A stretch of 64,000 nucleotides of DNA. It comes from an uncultured Chloroflexia bacterium. GTDB lineage: Bacteria; Chloroflexota; Anaerolineae; CG2-30-64-16. Of the stretch, positions 10,384 to 22,801 are shown one piece after another; positions within the stretch are counted from its first letter, which is position 1; each line of letters opens with the position of its first letter. The stretch covers positions 594,559 to 658,558 of the forward strand of contig CAWEMM010000007.1 in NCBI GenBank assembly GCA_963810095.1, in the 5' to 3' direction. The notes beneath the pieces were generated by a model. That model saw only the letters and a list, made by a program, of their open reading frames with translations. It made no database searches and was not told the origin of the DNA. Made by a program: the position numbers and the translations under genes.

Positions 10384-11091
10384 CTAGAACAGCACTACTA
10401 CCAGGTTCATGGCCGCGTGCAGCAGCATGGGCGGATAGACGCTCTCGGTCTTGGCGCGTGCATAGCCGTACATTACGCCCCAGACCACCGCGCTCAGCGC
10501 CTGCAGCGCGACGAATTCAAGAGGTACTCCGGCCACCAGGTTTTTGACGTGCAGCAGGCCGAACGCAACGCCGCTCAGCCACACCGCGAGATGCATGCTG
10601 GGGCCCTCGGCGTACCACCGCCTGAACGCCAGCAGCAGCGCCGTGAAGACAAGGCCGCGCCAGAAGGATTCCTCGACCAGCGGCACGATCACGATCTCGG
10701 TCAACAGCCACTGGTTGCCGCTGAAAGGCGTGCCGCCGCCGGTCAGCAGCAGGTACGCTGCGATAATCCCGCAGTTCGCCAGGAGCATCAGCAGGATCAT
10801 CCGCCAATAGCGCCGGGTTTGGCCGGTCTGAAAGCCGAACAGCCGCGGCCGCCACAGGATGAACGGCACGATGAAGATGATCAGGTGGGCCCGCGAAGCG
10901 ACGCCCCACAAGGTGGCGAGCAGCGCGGACTCGCCGACATGGGGAAAGCGCGCGTCGGCAAAGCGAAAGTAGGCATTGTCGGCCAGGATGAAGGCGGCGC
11001 AGAAAATCAGCAGGCCGAGGAGCACAAGCATCCCCGGCAGCGGCAGGCGGGATTGAGGCTCGCGGGTGGTGGGGGAAAGGGTGTGCGTCAC
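10384..11091 (-). CDS. CPBP (CAAX/Abi) intramembrane metalloprotease
   Basis: PLVEESFWRG, FGLLH, HAAMN motifs. Confidence 0.9.
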   Translation of the reverse strand: MTHTLSPTTREPQSRLPLPGMLVLLGLLIFCAAFILADNAYFRFADARFPHVGESALLATLWGVASRAHLIIFIVPFILWRPRLFGFQTGQTRRYWRMILLMLLANCGIIAAYLLLTGGGTPFSGNQWLLTEIVIVPLVEESFWRGLVFTALLLAFRRWYAEGPSMHLAVWLSGVAFGLLHVKNLVAGVPLEFVALQALSAVVWGVMYGYARAKTESVYPPMLLHAAMNLVVVLF

Positions 11092-11295
11092 AGGACGTCC
11101 TTTCGTTCCGAAAGCAGGTGAACGCAGGCGGCGGCGCATCGGTACGTGATATGACACGTAATACGCCCACCACTCCTTGCGGTTGCACGGGCCGCCCCGG
11201 GCCTCGCCTCCAAGCACGCGGGCCTAAACCCACAATCCGACCCCGAAGTCGGAGTGTGCCGGCAGCGACCATACCCCGTTCGTTCGTCACGAACG

Positions 11296-13039
11296 CTACT
11301 TCTCCGTCCGCACCCACTCCAGATCGGCCAGGAACAGCGTGCCGCTCGGCGTCTGGTCGAAGACCAGCGCGACTTCGCAAATATCCGCCAGGTCCAGGCT
11401 TGCGAATGCAGAAAGGGGGATGCGGATTGTCGTCAGCGGCACCCGCCCCGTGAAGAGGCCGCCGAATGTTGCGTCGGCCAGCAGTTCGCCCGCCGGGTAA
11501 CGCAGGGCCGGCTCGTCGGGCCCCACAGCCACACGTGCGGTCTTCCCTGCGCCGTCCGTCATCTGCACGGCGAAACTCTGGCTCTGCCCCCTCGCATTGC
11601 GCTCTGACAGCGGATCTACCGCTGCCCGCAGGCTGACGGCCACAGCCTGGTGCAGGTCACCCTTGCCCGGCGGGATCGCGAAGCGCCACGCCGCGACTCG
11701 TTGCACGGCGCCGGCGCTGTCCCAACTTACCACGGCCAGCGCGGGTTGGCCGGGCACGACAACAGTCGCCCGCCGGCACGGCTCGGTCCCGGGCCGGGTC
11801 AACGGCGTGTAGCTGCCCGCGTCGCAGAAGAACGCGCTGACTCCTTGTGTCTGCACGGCTCCGCCAAGACGGTTCGTCGTGAGTTCGCCGTCCACGGCCG
11901 GTGCGAAGAGCGCCGTGCGTCCTGCTGCCGGATACAGCGTCGCCACTCGGGCCTCAAGCCCTCCTACCTGCGTCAGTGCGGGCAGCGCCGGGCTCATACC
12001 GAGCCATCGCAACCCCTGCTCGCCGGCCGTGGACCCATCGAAGATCGTGTCGAAGAACGCGTCTGCGTACTGAGTCAGAAACGTCTGCTGGGTCTGGGGA
12101 TCGAGCAGCGAGGTGCAGTCTGGCCGGCCGGGCGTGCCGAACGGGTCGGCGCCGAGCGTCGTGTTGAACCCGTTATGGTTGGCGCGCTCGATGAACGCGG
12201 ATGTCACCCACGCTTGTGGCCGGCCTCGCCAGGCGCGCGCCTTCATAGAAATGCTGCCCGTCCTGCTCGGTGACGTCGCCGTCACACATCGGGAGGATGA
12301 TGCCCAGGGGAACCGGCGTGCCCGGCGCCGGGTCGGTGAAGCCCGGCGACGGCGCGACCATGAGGATGCCCGCAGGGGGGGCGTAGCTCCCTGCCCCGGT
12401 GGCGACCATCCCCGTGCCCGTGGCCAGCAACAGCGCCTGGTCGCCGCCGCGCGAGTGACCAACGAACGCAAGCCGCTGCGTATCGACCTTGCCCTCGAGG
12501 TCGACGCCAAAGCCATTCGCGCCGCCCGCCGATGCGGCCGCCAGCGCGGCCAGCTGCTTGTCGACGATCTGCGTGAGGCGCTCGCCGGCAACCGGCTCGC
12601 CGAAGCCAAACGTATTCTCCGCGTTGATATTGATCGAAAGGGCGACGTAGCCGTTGGCGGCCAGGTGCTCGGCCAGGTAGGTAAAACCGCGGTAGTTGGG
12701 CTGCTCCAGCGCCGGGTCACACGGCCAGCGGTCGACGTGGTCGATCTCCGGGCAGCCGGGGTGCGTGCCGTGCAGGATGACGATGACCGGGAACGGTCCC
12801 TCACCCTCGTTCGGGACTGCGATGACCCCGTTCAGCCGCACCGGCATGTTGTGAAACCGGCTGTCTTCGGGAAAGTTGGCTTGCACGACGGTCGCTTCGC
12901 CCAGGTCGTACTCGACGGCCGCCGGGCGCGCGTCCGGGGTGGCCGCGGGGGATGGCAACGCTGCCGGCGCCGCGGCGGGTGGCAGCGGCACGCACCCGGC
13001 CAGGAGCAAGGCCAGCGTCGCAAGGATCAGCACGCGCAT
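11296..13039 (-). CDS. Lipoprotein alpha/beta hydrolase (frameshift ~12200)
   Basis: Lipobox LLAGC; GHSRGG nucleophile elbow; CDGDV; ANHNGFN. Confidence 0.8.
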
Positions 13040-13113
13040 TTTACTTCTCCAACAACAGCGCGATCAGGCCGAGGACGCCGCCCGCGGCCATTGTCGTCAG
13101 CCCCCGAAGTCGC

Positions 13114-13764
13114 TCATTCCGATTCTACGTCCGGCAGAACCGGCTGCGTCTGCCAGTTGTAGCGCTGCGCCAGCGTGCGAACCACAATGAACAGGGCGAT
13201 CACGATCCAGGCCGCCACGGTCGCTGCGACGTGCAGATAGACCTCCAGTACGACGAACAGGATGCACGAGATGAACCCGGCCGACAGGTAGAACCGGCCC
13301 GGCTTGAGCACGGCGGGGGTATTGCCCACCGTGATGTCACGCAGGATGCCGCCGCCGAAGCCGTTAATCATGCCGATCAGCACCACGCCCGGCAGCGTCA
13401 TGCCGGCCACGAGCGAGAGCTGCATGCCGACCGTGGCAAAGGCAGGCACGCCGATCCCGTCGATCAGGCTAATCAGGTTGTCCACCAGGCGCATGCCCAC
13501 GATCTGCCTCCGAAATAACCCGGCCACAAATGCGGCGAGCAGGATCAGAGGCAGATACCAGACGTTGGTTACGACGGGCGGCATCGTGTTCAGGAACAGC
13601 CCATCGCGCAGGGTGCTGCCGCCCGTCGCGGCAAGGAGCGCGATCACGCAAACGCCCGCAAAGTCATAGCGTTTGTGCATGCCAACAATCGCGCCGCTCA
13701 ACGCCCAGAGGAAGGTGGCGAAGTAGTCGAAGAGCGGCGGAAGCTGGAAGTATTCCGTTCCCAT
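13114..13764 (-). CDS. TRIC / UPF0126 family membrane protein
   Basis: ALSGA, ATGGSTLRD, GFGGGILRD duplicated motif. Confidence 0.9.
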   Translation of the reverse strand: MGTEYFQLPPLFDYFATFLWALSGAIVGMHKRYDFAGVCVIALLAATGGSTLRDGLFLNTMPPVVTNVWYLPLILLAAFVAGLFRRQIVGMRLVDNLISLIDGIGVPAFATVGMQLSLVAGMTLPGVVLIGMINGFGGGILRDITVGNTPAVLKPGRFYLSAGFISCILFVVLEVYLHVAATVAAWIVIALFIVVRTLAQRYNWQTQPVLPDVESE

Positions 13765-13767
13765 CGC

Positions 13768-15420
13768 CTAGAACCGGACCGGATATCCAGGGCCAAGTGG
13801 GAGGCCCAGCACGAACCACAGCAGCAGCAGGATCAGCCAGACAATCAGCATGACGACGGCATACGGCAGCATGAGCGCAACGAGGCTGCCCACGCCGAAC
13901 TTCTTGTCATACCGCTGCCCGAACGCGACGATGACGGGGAAGTACACCATCAGCGGCGTCAGGGTGTTCATGGGCGAGTCGGCCACCCGGTAGGCCGAGA
14001 AGAGTGTCTGCGCAGGCACACCTAGGCGCACGAAGAGCGGGACAAAGATGGGTGCGAAGATGGCCCACTTGGCGAGCGAGCCCGGCATGATCAGGTCGAG
14101 CACGACGATCACCAGCACGAACCCGATGAGCAGCGGGATCGCGCCAATGCCGGCCGCGCTCAGCCCGTCGGCCAGGGCGACCGCGATGACGTTGGGGATC
14201 TGGCTGTAATTGAAGTAGGCGATGAACTGACTGATCATCAGCAGCGTCAGGATCAGCCCGCCCAGCCCGGCGAAGGTCTTGACGATGGCCGCGATCACGT
14301 CGTTGGCGTGCTTGAACTTGCCGACGGCTGCGCCGTACGCAATGCCGGGGACGAGGAAGCACAGCATGATGATGAACAGCAGCGAGGCCATGAACGGCGT
14401 CTGCCCGATGATCAAGCCTGTCTGCGGATCGCGCAGCGGCGCGCCCTGGGGGAAGGTGCACAGCGCCACGACGGCCAGGACGCCCAGCAGCGCAAAGCCC
14501 GCGTTGCGCAGACCGCGACCGTCCAGCTTCGGGTCGACATCTTCCGCGGCGGTGGCGCTCGCGTCGCCCGCATCCGCCGGGTCGTACTTGCCCAGTCGCG
14601 GCTCGACAACCCGCACGGTGATGATTCCCGCCACAAGCGTCATCAAGAGGGTCGAAACGACCTGGAAGAAGAAGTCCGCCGTGATCGAGATCGAGGGCTG
14701 TCCGATCAGGGCGAGCGACTCGTTCGTGATCTCGAACAACATCGCGTCGGTGGGCGTGACGATCAGGTTCGCCATAAAGATCGCGGCCACGCCGGCAAAC
14801 CCTGCGGCCAGGCCCGCAATGGGATGGCGTCCGACCGCGAGGAACGCGACGCCGGCCAGCGGAATAAGGATCAGGTACCCGGCGTCCGACGCCACGCTTG
14901 CCAGCGCGCCGACGAACACGATTAGGAACGCGAGCAGCGCGGCCGGCGCCACCTTGACGAGCTTGCGGATGAGCGCAGCCATCAGCCCGCCCTGTTCGGC
15001 CACGCCCGCGCCCAGCAGGGCGATCAGCGTGATCGCCAGCGCGCCGAAGCCTTGGAACGTCGGCACGAACGACGTGAACATGAACCGGATGCCTTCGACG
15101 CTCAGGATCGGCTTGATGGGGATCGTCGTCGTCTGGATCTCGTACTGCGTTACGTCGGCGACGGCCGGCAGCCCCACGCTCGGCTGGCTCAAGTCCTCGT
15201 AGAAGTTCGGCTGCGCGGCAATCGGCACGGGCACCGCGATCTCTTCCGTGACGCTCACGCCGAGCCAACCGAGCACGGACGATACAACAATGATGAAGAG
15301 AATGAGGTACGCGAACATCAGCACGGGATGGGGCACCTTGTTGCCCACCCGTTCGACGCCGTCCAGCAGCTTATCCATGAATCCTCGCTGGGCGGGTTGC
15401 GCCGGGGCTCCTGCGGTCAT
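13768..15420 (-). CDS. abgT: AbgT family transporter
   Basis: VERVGNKVPHP, GRHPIAGLAAGFAGV, SAYRVADS.N..TP motifs. Confidence 0.9.
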   Translation of the reverse strand: MTAGAPAQPAQRGFMDKLLDGVERVGNKVPHPVLMFAYLILFIIVVSSVLGWLGVSVTEEIAVPVPIAAQPNFYEDLSQPSVGLPAVADVTQYEIQTTTIPIKPILSVEGIRFMFTSFVPTFQGFGALAITLIALLGAGVAEQGGLMAALIRKLVKVAPAALLAFLIVFVGALASVASDAGYLILIPLAGVAFLAVGRHPIAGLAAGFAGVAAIFMANLIVTPTDAMLFEITNESLALIGQPSISITADFFFQVVSTLLMTLVAGIITVRVVEPRLGKYDPADAGDASATAAEDVDPKLDGRGLRNAGFALLGVLAVVALCTFPQGAPLRDPQTGLIIGQTPFMASLLFIIMLCFLVPGIAYGAAVGKFKHANDVIAAIVKTFAGLGGLILTLLMISQFIAYFNYSQIPNVIAVALADGLSAAGIGAIPLLIGFVLVIVVLDLIMPGSLAKWAIFAPIFVPLFVRLGVPAQTLFSAYRVADSPMNTLTPLMVYFPVIVAFGQRYDKKFGVGSLVALMLPYAVVMLIVWLILLLLWFVLGLPLGPGYPVRF

Positions 15421-15508
15421 GGTCTCCTCCACACGAATCCTGAGAAAAATGACGGCGCTTGCCCGCTCGCCGGCAGCAGCAGAGCGGGCTCATCAATCGC
15501 TTGCGGCG

Positions 15509-16783
<1,275 letters not shown>

Positions 16784-16794
16784 TCCCCCCCTTC

Positions 16795-16870
16795 AACACA
16801 AAGGCACAAAGACACGAAGCTGCTGTGTTTTCGCCTTCTCTAGATCTTCGTGCCTTTGTGTCTTTGTGTT
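16795..16870. repeat. Inverted repeat built of 8-bp cacaaag units (MITE-like)
   Basis: aacacaaaggcacaaagacacgaag ... cttcgtgcctttgtgtctttgtgtt (23/25 complementary). Confidence 0.8.
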
Positions 16871-18249
16871 TAAAGCTCTGCAAGTTCGTCCAGGTACACG
16901 ATCGCCGTCTGGATGCCCCGCTCGAACATATCGATCCGATAGTGCTCGTTGGGCGAGTGCAGCCCGTCGGTGTCCAGCCCGTAGCCCATCATCACCACCG
17001 GCACCTTCAACAGGTCGGCCAGCTCGGCCACGATGGGGATGCTGCCGCCCCCGCGGGTGAACACGGGTGCGTGGCCCCAGCCGCGCTCGTACGCCCGGGA
17101 CGCGGCTTGCATCTCGGGCAGGTCGAAGGGGATCAGAGCGGGCTTGCCGGTAGTCAGCAGCCGCACCTCCACCTTGACCGTCGGAGGCGTCGCGTCCTCA
17201 ATGGCCTTCTTGATTAGCTCGTAAATCTTGTGGGCGTCCTGGTTGCCCACCAGCCGCGAGCTGATTTTGCAGCCCGCTCGCACAGGGATGATGGTCTTGG
17301 GTCCTGGGCCAGAGTAGCCGCTCCACAAGCCGTTGATGTCTAGCGTCGGCCGCGCGGAGACGCGCTCCCGGAGCGTGTAATCCGCGTCGCCCCAGGCTGC
17401 GGGCACGCCGGTCGCAGCCATGAACTGCTCGTCGGTCAGCGGGACCTTTGCCAGCATCTCCCGTTCGGCCTCGGTCAGCGCCACGACGTCGTCGTAGAAG
17501 CCCGGGACGGCGATGGTGCCGTCGTCGTTGTACAGCGACTTGAGGATTTCGACCAGCGCCAGTGCCGGATTGTGCGTCGCGCCGCCCCAGAACCCGCTGT
17601 GCAAATCCTCCCGCGGCCCTTGAACTTCGACCTCGAGATAGGTCATGCCGCGCAGGCTGTGCGTAATTGCGGGCGCCTCGATCGTGGCCATCGATGAATC
17701 GCTAATCACGCACACGTCCGCTTGGATCAGGTCTGCGTGTTCCTTGACCCAGGGCACGAGGTTGGGCGAAGATATTTCTTCTTCGCCTTCCAGCAGGATC
17801 TTCACGTTGACCGGCGCGGCCCCCCCGGTCTTCAGGTACGATTCGAGCGCCTTGACCTGGATGAAGAGCTGGCCCTTGTCGTCGGTCGCGCCCCGGGCGT
17901 AGATCTTGCCGTCCTTGACGATCGGGTCAAACGGGTCGTGATCCCACCCGTCCTCCATCACCGCGGGCACGACATCGTAATGACCGTAGATGAGCGCGGT
18001 GCGCGCCTGCGGCCCCGCGCCGAGCCACTCGGCGTACACGACCGGGTGGCCGGCCGTCTCCATCACGCACGCGTTGTCGAGCCCCAGGCCCGCGAGGTGC
18101 GCGGCCAACCACTCGGCGTTGCGACGTGTGTCCGCGGCAAACGCCGGGTCCGCGCCGACGCTGGGGATGCGGATCATCTCGAAGAGTTCGTCCAGAAACC
18201 GTGCCCCGTTTTCACGCGCATACGCTTGCGCCCGCTCGACATCTCCCAT
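16870..18249 (-). CDS. M20 family dipeptidase
   Basis: YGHYDV, ARGATDDKG, EGEEEISS, DLHSG, GGSIP, HSPNE. Confidence 0.95.
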   Translation of the reverse strand: MGDVERAQAYARENGARFLDELFEMIRIPSVGADPAFAADTRRNAEWLAAHLAGLGLDNACVMETAGHPVVYAEWLGAGPQARTALIYGHYDVVPAVMEDGWDHDPFDPIVKDGKIYARGATDDKGQLFIQVKALESYLKTGGAAPVNVKILLEGEEEISSPNLVPWVKEHADLIQADVCVISDSSMATIEAPAITHSLRGMTYLEVEVQGPREDLHSGFWGGATHNPALALVEILKSLYNDDGTIAVPGFYDDVVALTEAEREMLAKVPLTDEQFMAATGVPAAWGDADYTLRERVSARPTLDINGLWSGYSGPGPKTIIPVRAGCKISSRLVGNQDAHKIYELIKKAIEDATPPTVKVEVRLLTTGKPALIPFDLPEMQAASRAYERGWGHAPVFTRGGGSIPIVAELADLLKVPVVMMGYGLDTDGLHSPNEHYRIDMFERGIQTAIVYLDELAEL

Positions 18250-18262
18250 TGGTGTTACCTCC

Positions 18263-19928
18263 CTATGCAACCGCAGGCGCCGCTTGGTGTTCCCGGCGCC
18301 CTTCTTCGTCTACGATTTCTTTGGCACTCAGCTCGGTGAGCCGGTAACGCGGCAGCCGCATGGCCGGGAAGATCGCCACCAGGCAGATCAGGGCCAGCAG
18401 CAGGAACGACGCCTTAAGCGCGTTGATCCGTGCGACCTGGTTAATGCGCACCAACTCTTCGGCCTCGGCGGGCGCGACGGGCGTGGCAGCCAGCCTGTCT
18501 TTGAGTTGCACGTCGCTGATAAAGTCCACCCGGCTAACGTTGTCCAGGTTGAACTGCGGCGGCAAGTTCGCCCGGCCCAGGCCGGCGCCCAGCGCGGTGG
18601 TCAGCAGAGTCACCGCCACGACGCCGGCAAACGCCGCGCCCAGCGCCGAGGAGACGTTGTTAGCCACGCCGCGCAGCGCACCGACGTCGCCCGCGTATTC
18701 TTTCGGCGACGCGGACACCAGCACGTTGAAGAGAAGCGTCAGCATCGTACCCTCGCCGATGCCTGCGAGGATCAGCCCGAGGATGACAAAGGGCGTCCCC
18801 CAGCCGCCGCCGATGGCCAGCCCGACGAGTGCGAACCCGACTGCGTTGAGAATGAAACAGCTGGCGCCCAACACCCGCGGGTTGATCCGGTCGTACAGCC
18901 GCACGGAGAGGATCGCGGCCGCCGCGACCGCCAGCGCATAGGGCACGATGGCTACAGAGGTAAAGAGCGGCGTCTGGCCCTGCACAATCTGAATGTAGAG
19001 CGGGATGAGGAAGCTGATCGCCGCCCCAAGTGCGCCCGCCACGAGGAAGGCCAGCACCGCGTTGCGCTCTTCGGACGAATTGAGCACCTCGCGCGCCAAC
19101 AGCGGCGTCTTGCCCTGATCCTCACGGCGCTTGAGCCACACGAAGAACGCCTGGCCCAAGACGACGCCGGCGATCATGAAGATCGGCACGGGCGATAGGC
19201 CGAAGACGTTGAACGGCGCGTCTGGCGTGGCCAATATCAGGCCCCAGTGGTTGATGTTGTTGAACGCGAAGAGGATCAGCGTGATCGAGAGCGCCGACAG
19301 GAGGACGCCGACGAAGTCGATCTTGATGTTCCGCTGGCGCGGCACCGGCGTGAGGCGGAAGCTCAATGCCAGCACCAGGAGCGACTGGAGGAAGATGATG
19401 CCGAACGAGATGCGCCAGTTCAGCGCCGTGGCGATCCAGCCGGCGACGATAAACGCCAGCCCGCTGGCGATGGCCGGAATGCTGGCCAGGATGCCCAGGG
19501 CTTGCGACTGCTGCTTGCCGCTGTAATTGGCCGCGATCAGCACGACCAGCGTCGGCACGAGCAGCGCGGCGGCCAGCCCCGCGATCGAGCTGCGCGGCGT
19601 TCATCATGGCCGCGTCGCGGCTGATCGCCATCAATGCCATTGCCAGACCGTGGGCCAACGCGCTGACCTGGAACACGAGGCGCTCGCCGAACAGCTTTCC
19701 CAGCTTGGCCCCCAGCATGACGAATGCCGCGACCGCCAACGAGTACAGGACCAGCGCCGTCGATACGGCAGTCGCGGGCGCATTCAGGTCCTGCAGGATG
19801 GGACCGAGCGAGACCGGCAGCGCGTTCACGTTGATGCCCATCTGCAACTGCGCAATGACGATGATGATCAGGGGCAGCCACGAGGCAGCCGCTTCTGCTT
19901 TTCCGACGGAGATCGACCTATCTGCCAT
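18263..19928 (-). CDS. MFS transporter (frameshift ~19590)
   Basis: GAKLGKLFGERLVF motif A variant; two hydrophobic ORFs join into one 14-TM MFS. Confidence 0.85.
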
Positions 19929-19957
19929 AATTACTGCTCCTTGTGCAGCGCCCGGCA

Positions 19958-20644
19958 TCAACCGATCAGGGCGGAGATGCCCTTGTACAGGAAGAACAGC
20001 CCGAATACCAGGTAGACTGCAATGAAGACCGGCCGGCTGTTGCGCTCCAGCCATGTACGGACTGCGAAAATGGCACGATTCGCCCGCTCGGGCGATAGCA
20101 CGGAAGCGATCACGGCGACCAATCCAAATACCTGGGCGCCCAGCACATAGGACAGGAAGAGCCCGGCGCTGGTGGGCGGGCCAAAATGGGCCTTTTCCAG
20201 AACGCCGATGGCTCCGAGCGTGAAGACCCACTGTTTGCCGGAGAGCAGAACCACCGCGACGCCCATGCCGAACGCCATAAGCGCGGAAAGGTTGCCGAGG
20301 GAGGCCATCCATTTGGGCGGCGGCTCGTCGGGATCGGCCTCTTTGGTCCATTTCTTAAATGCGTTGATCAGCATCAGGACGCCGATCACGATCAGCAGTG
20401 TGGAGACGATGAGGTTGCCACCGGCTTCGGTCGTCGCCGCGGGGTCACCGGCGAAGATCCAGCCGAACGCGATTCCTTGCGCGAGCCGCACGAGGATAGC
20501 GCCGGCGACGAAGGCCGCGCCCTTCGCCAGCCCGCCCCGGTTGCTTAGCAGGAGGAGCACGATCATGATAGGGACGGGGACGACGGCCGCGCCGATAATC
20601 AAAGGGAGGAGTTCGATGAAAACAGAACCGGTGCTTGGCTGCAT
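19958..20644 (-). CDS. GAP/Sap (DUF2910) family LysE-like membrane protein
   Basis: LPLIIGAAVVP, DEPPPKWM, WLERNSR..G.FFLYKG pattern. Confidence 0.8.
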   Translation of the reverse strand: MQPSTGSVFIELLPLIIGAAVVPVPIMIVLLLLSNRGGLAKGAAFVAGAILVRLAQGIAFGWIFAGDPAATTEAGGNLIVSTLLIVIGVLMLINAFKKWTKEADPDEPPPKWMASLGNLSALMAFGMGVAVVLLSGKQWVFTLGAIGVLEKAHFGPPTSAGLFLSYVLGAQVFGLVAVIASVLSPERANRAIFAVRTWLERNSRPVFIAVYLVFGLFFLYKGISALIG

Positions 20645-20754
20645 GGGCGACGTCCCTTCGTGCAGTGGCGATGTCGCAATGCCGGGTGCGAACTGAGAGT
20701 GAACACCTGCAATTCACACCGTGAGGCAAGATTTGGTCTGCCGGGCCACGTTGG

Positions 20755-20783
20755 TGCGGGCCGGGCGCTAAGCCCGGCCCGCA
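20755..20783. repeat. Intergenic hairpin
   Basis: tgcgggccgggc-gctaa-gcccggcccgca, 12-bp stem. Confidence 0.55.
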
Positions 20784-20797
20784 TTAGAGCGGCGGCG

Positions 20798-22714
20798 CTA
20801 TTGCGCGCGGTTTGCCATCACAGCCAGCGCATCAGCCGCAGAGCGAATCTGGAGCTGAGCGCCGCTGATTTGGAAGGTGGCTGCCGAATTGAGCGCAGCC
20901 AGGAACTGCTGCTCCTGCTGCATCACGCCTTCCGGCGAGTCGCAGAACAGGTTGGTGCTACCCGGCCGGTCGATCGTCAGCACATTGCCGCCGGCCTGGT
21001 AGTTGGCGAAGAAGTTGTTGCAACCCGCCTTGCCCTGTACCCGGCCCGTCGCGTCGAAGTCCATCGTGATCGTGCTCCCCTCGACGAGGCCGACCACCGC
21101 GCCGCCGTTGTTGAAGTTCGTCACGGTCCAGCGGGTGCCCGCCAACGGATTGACGACCGTGGGCGGCTGGGGTGGGGCAATGGGCTGCGTCGCGACTGGC
21201 GGCGGCTGGGGCGGCGCGATGGGCTGCGTCACGTTGATGGTCACCTGGCGGAACTGGGTGGACCCGTCGTTCATCTGCACGCGCATCTCGTAGGTCGTCG
21301 TCGCGGCGGGGCACACCCGCTCGCTGCCCTGGCCCGTGCGGGGGAACGCGCTGAAGTTGGAGCCCTGCGGGTAGATCCACACCCCCTGCACGTTGCGGAC
21401 ATCCCAGTTAAGGGTGGCGCACTCGCCCGCGTTGATCTGCGTGCGGTCGGCCCAGAAATTGATCTGTGCCTGGGGCGGAATGGGCGTCGCGACGATGGGC
21501 GCCGCCGTCGGGGGGACGCGTGTTGGTGCAGGTGTCGGCGGCACGCGGGTTGCGGTCGGCACCGGGGTCGGCGGCGACGCGACGACCGGCACGTTCTCGG
21601 CATTGGTCGCGGTCACAAAGTCGGCCGAGACCCAGCCGGAGCCGCCTGGCAGTGCCGGGGCTTCGACCTGCCACCAGCGTCCGTCCTGGCTGCGGCCGAT
21701 CAGCGTGCCAGAGTCGCCCTGGCGGGCCGCGCCGATGATCGGGAAGTTGGTGCCCGGGCCCGAACGGATGTTGAGCACGCTGGCGCCGGTGACGGTCCCC
21801 GTGGGCGTCTGCGGCGCGGGCTGGGGCAAATCGACGATCTGCTCCTTCACCGCGATCACCGCGATTGCGTCGCCCGCGGTACGCAGCCAAAGCTCGTCGC
21901 CCTCGATGCGGTACGTCGCGGCAGTTTGGAGGGCGGCCAGGTACTGCGCCTCCTGGTCCATCACGCCCTGGGGCGACTCGCAGAACATCTGGGTCGAGCC
22001 GGCCGCATCGATGGTGATTGTGTTGTCCTGGGCCTTGTAGCCCGCGAAGTAATTGTTGCACCCGGCGTTGCCGTTCAGCTGGTCCTTCTCGAAGTTGAGC
22101 GTGATCTCAGTCCCGTCGAGGACGCCAACAACCGCTTCGCGGCCGTTGTTGTAGTTCACGACGGCCCAGGCCGTGCCTTCCAGCTTCTGGACGTCGGCGA
22201 TGAATGTCAGCACGATGTCGCTGCCGGCGAAGAGCACGAGCTGCCGGGCGCTCATGGCGAAGCGGGTCACGCTCGCCAACGCCTTCTGATACTCGGCGGC
22301 CTGGGTCATCACGGGCTCGGCGCAGGCCATCATCGTACCGGCCATGGGTTGCATGAAGGTGAGAGCGTCGCCAAGCTGGTTGTACGTGGTCGTGTAGCGG
22401 TTACAGCCGTCCGAGCCACTGGCCGAGCCATCCATTCCGAACTGCAGGGTGATGGCGGCTTCGTCAATCGGCAGGCTGCCGTTCAGCGAGCTCATGATCC
22501 ATGCGGTGCCCGCGAGGACTGGTGCGGCAGGCGCGATGATCTCCGGGCCGGGCTGTGCGATGGCCTGGGTCGGCGCGGGGGCGACGGCGGTTGGCTCCGT
22601 CGCGGCCGCGGGGGCGACCGTCGGCGCTTCAAGCGGCGGCAGCGGACCGGGCGCGCAGGCCGCGGCCAGCAAGGTGACCAACAGCAAGAGTGACAGTAGG
22701 GAGAACTTGCTCAT
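20798..22714 (-). CDS. Lipoprotein with three META (HslJ) domains and an SH3b domain
   Basis: Lipobox LAAAC; three L.GT.W...GCN...T.M/L.C...QE units; LNIRSGPGTNF...GWVSADFV (SH3b); Pro/Thr linkers. Confidence 0.9.
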   Translation of the reverse strand: MSKFSLLSLLLLVTLLAAACAPGPLPPLEAPTVAPAAATEPTAVAPAPTQAIAQPGPEIIAPAAPVLAGTAWIMSSLNGSLPIDEAAITLQFGMDGSASGSDGCNRYTTTYNQLGDALTFMQPMAGTMMACAEPVMTQAAEYQKALASVTRFAMSARQLVLFAGSDIVLTFIADVQKLEGTAWAVVNYNNGREAVVGVLDGTEITLNFEKDQLNGNAGCNNYFAGYKAQDNTITIDAAGSTQMFCESPQGVMDQEAQYLAALQTAATYRIEGDELWLRTAGDAIAVIAVKEQIVDLPQPAPQTPTGTVTGASVLNIRSGPGTNFPIIGAARQGDSGTLIGRSQDGRWWQVEAPALPGGSGWVSADFVTATNAENVPVVASPPTPVPTATRVPPTPAPTRVPPTAAPIVATPIPPQAQINFWADRTQINAGECATLNWDVRNVQGVWIYPQGSNFSAFPRTGQGSERVCPAATTTYEMRVQMNDGSTQFRQVTINVTQPIAPPQPPPVATQPIAPPQPPTVVNPLAGTRWTVTNFNNGGAVVGLVEGSTITMDFDATGRVQGKAGCNNFFANYQAGGNVLTIDRPGSTNLFCDSPEGVMQQEQQFLAALNSAATFQISGAQLQIRSAADALAVMANRAQ

Positions 22715-22801
22715 GTTAGATGTCCTTTCGGATAGGTGTGTTCGTGCGGGCCTTGTCGCTCAGGCTGCCCGCACGCGGGCTCGGACACGCCTGCGCGCGT
22801 C

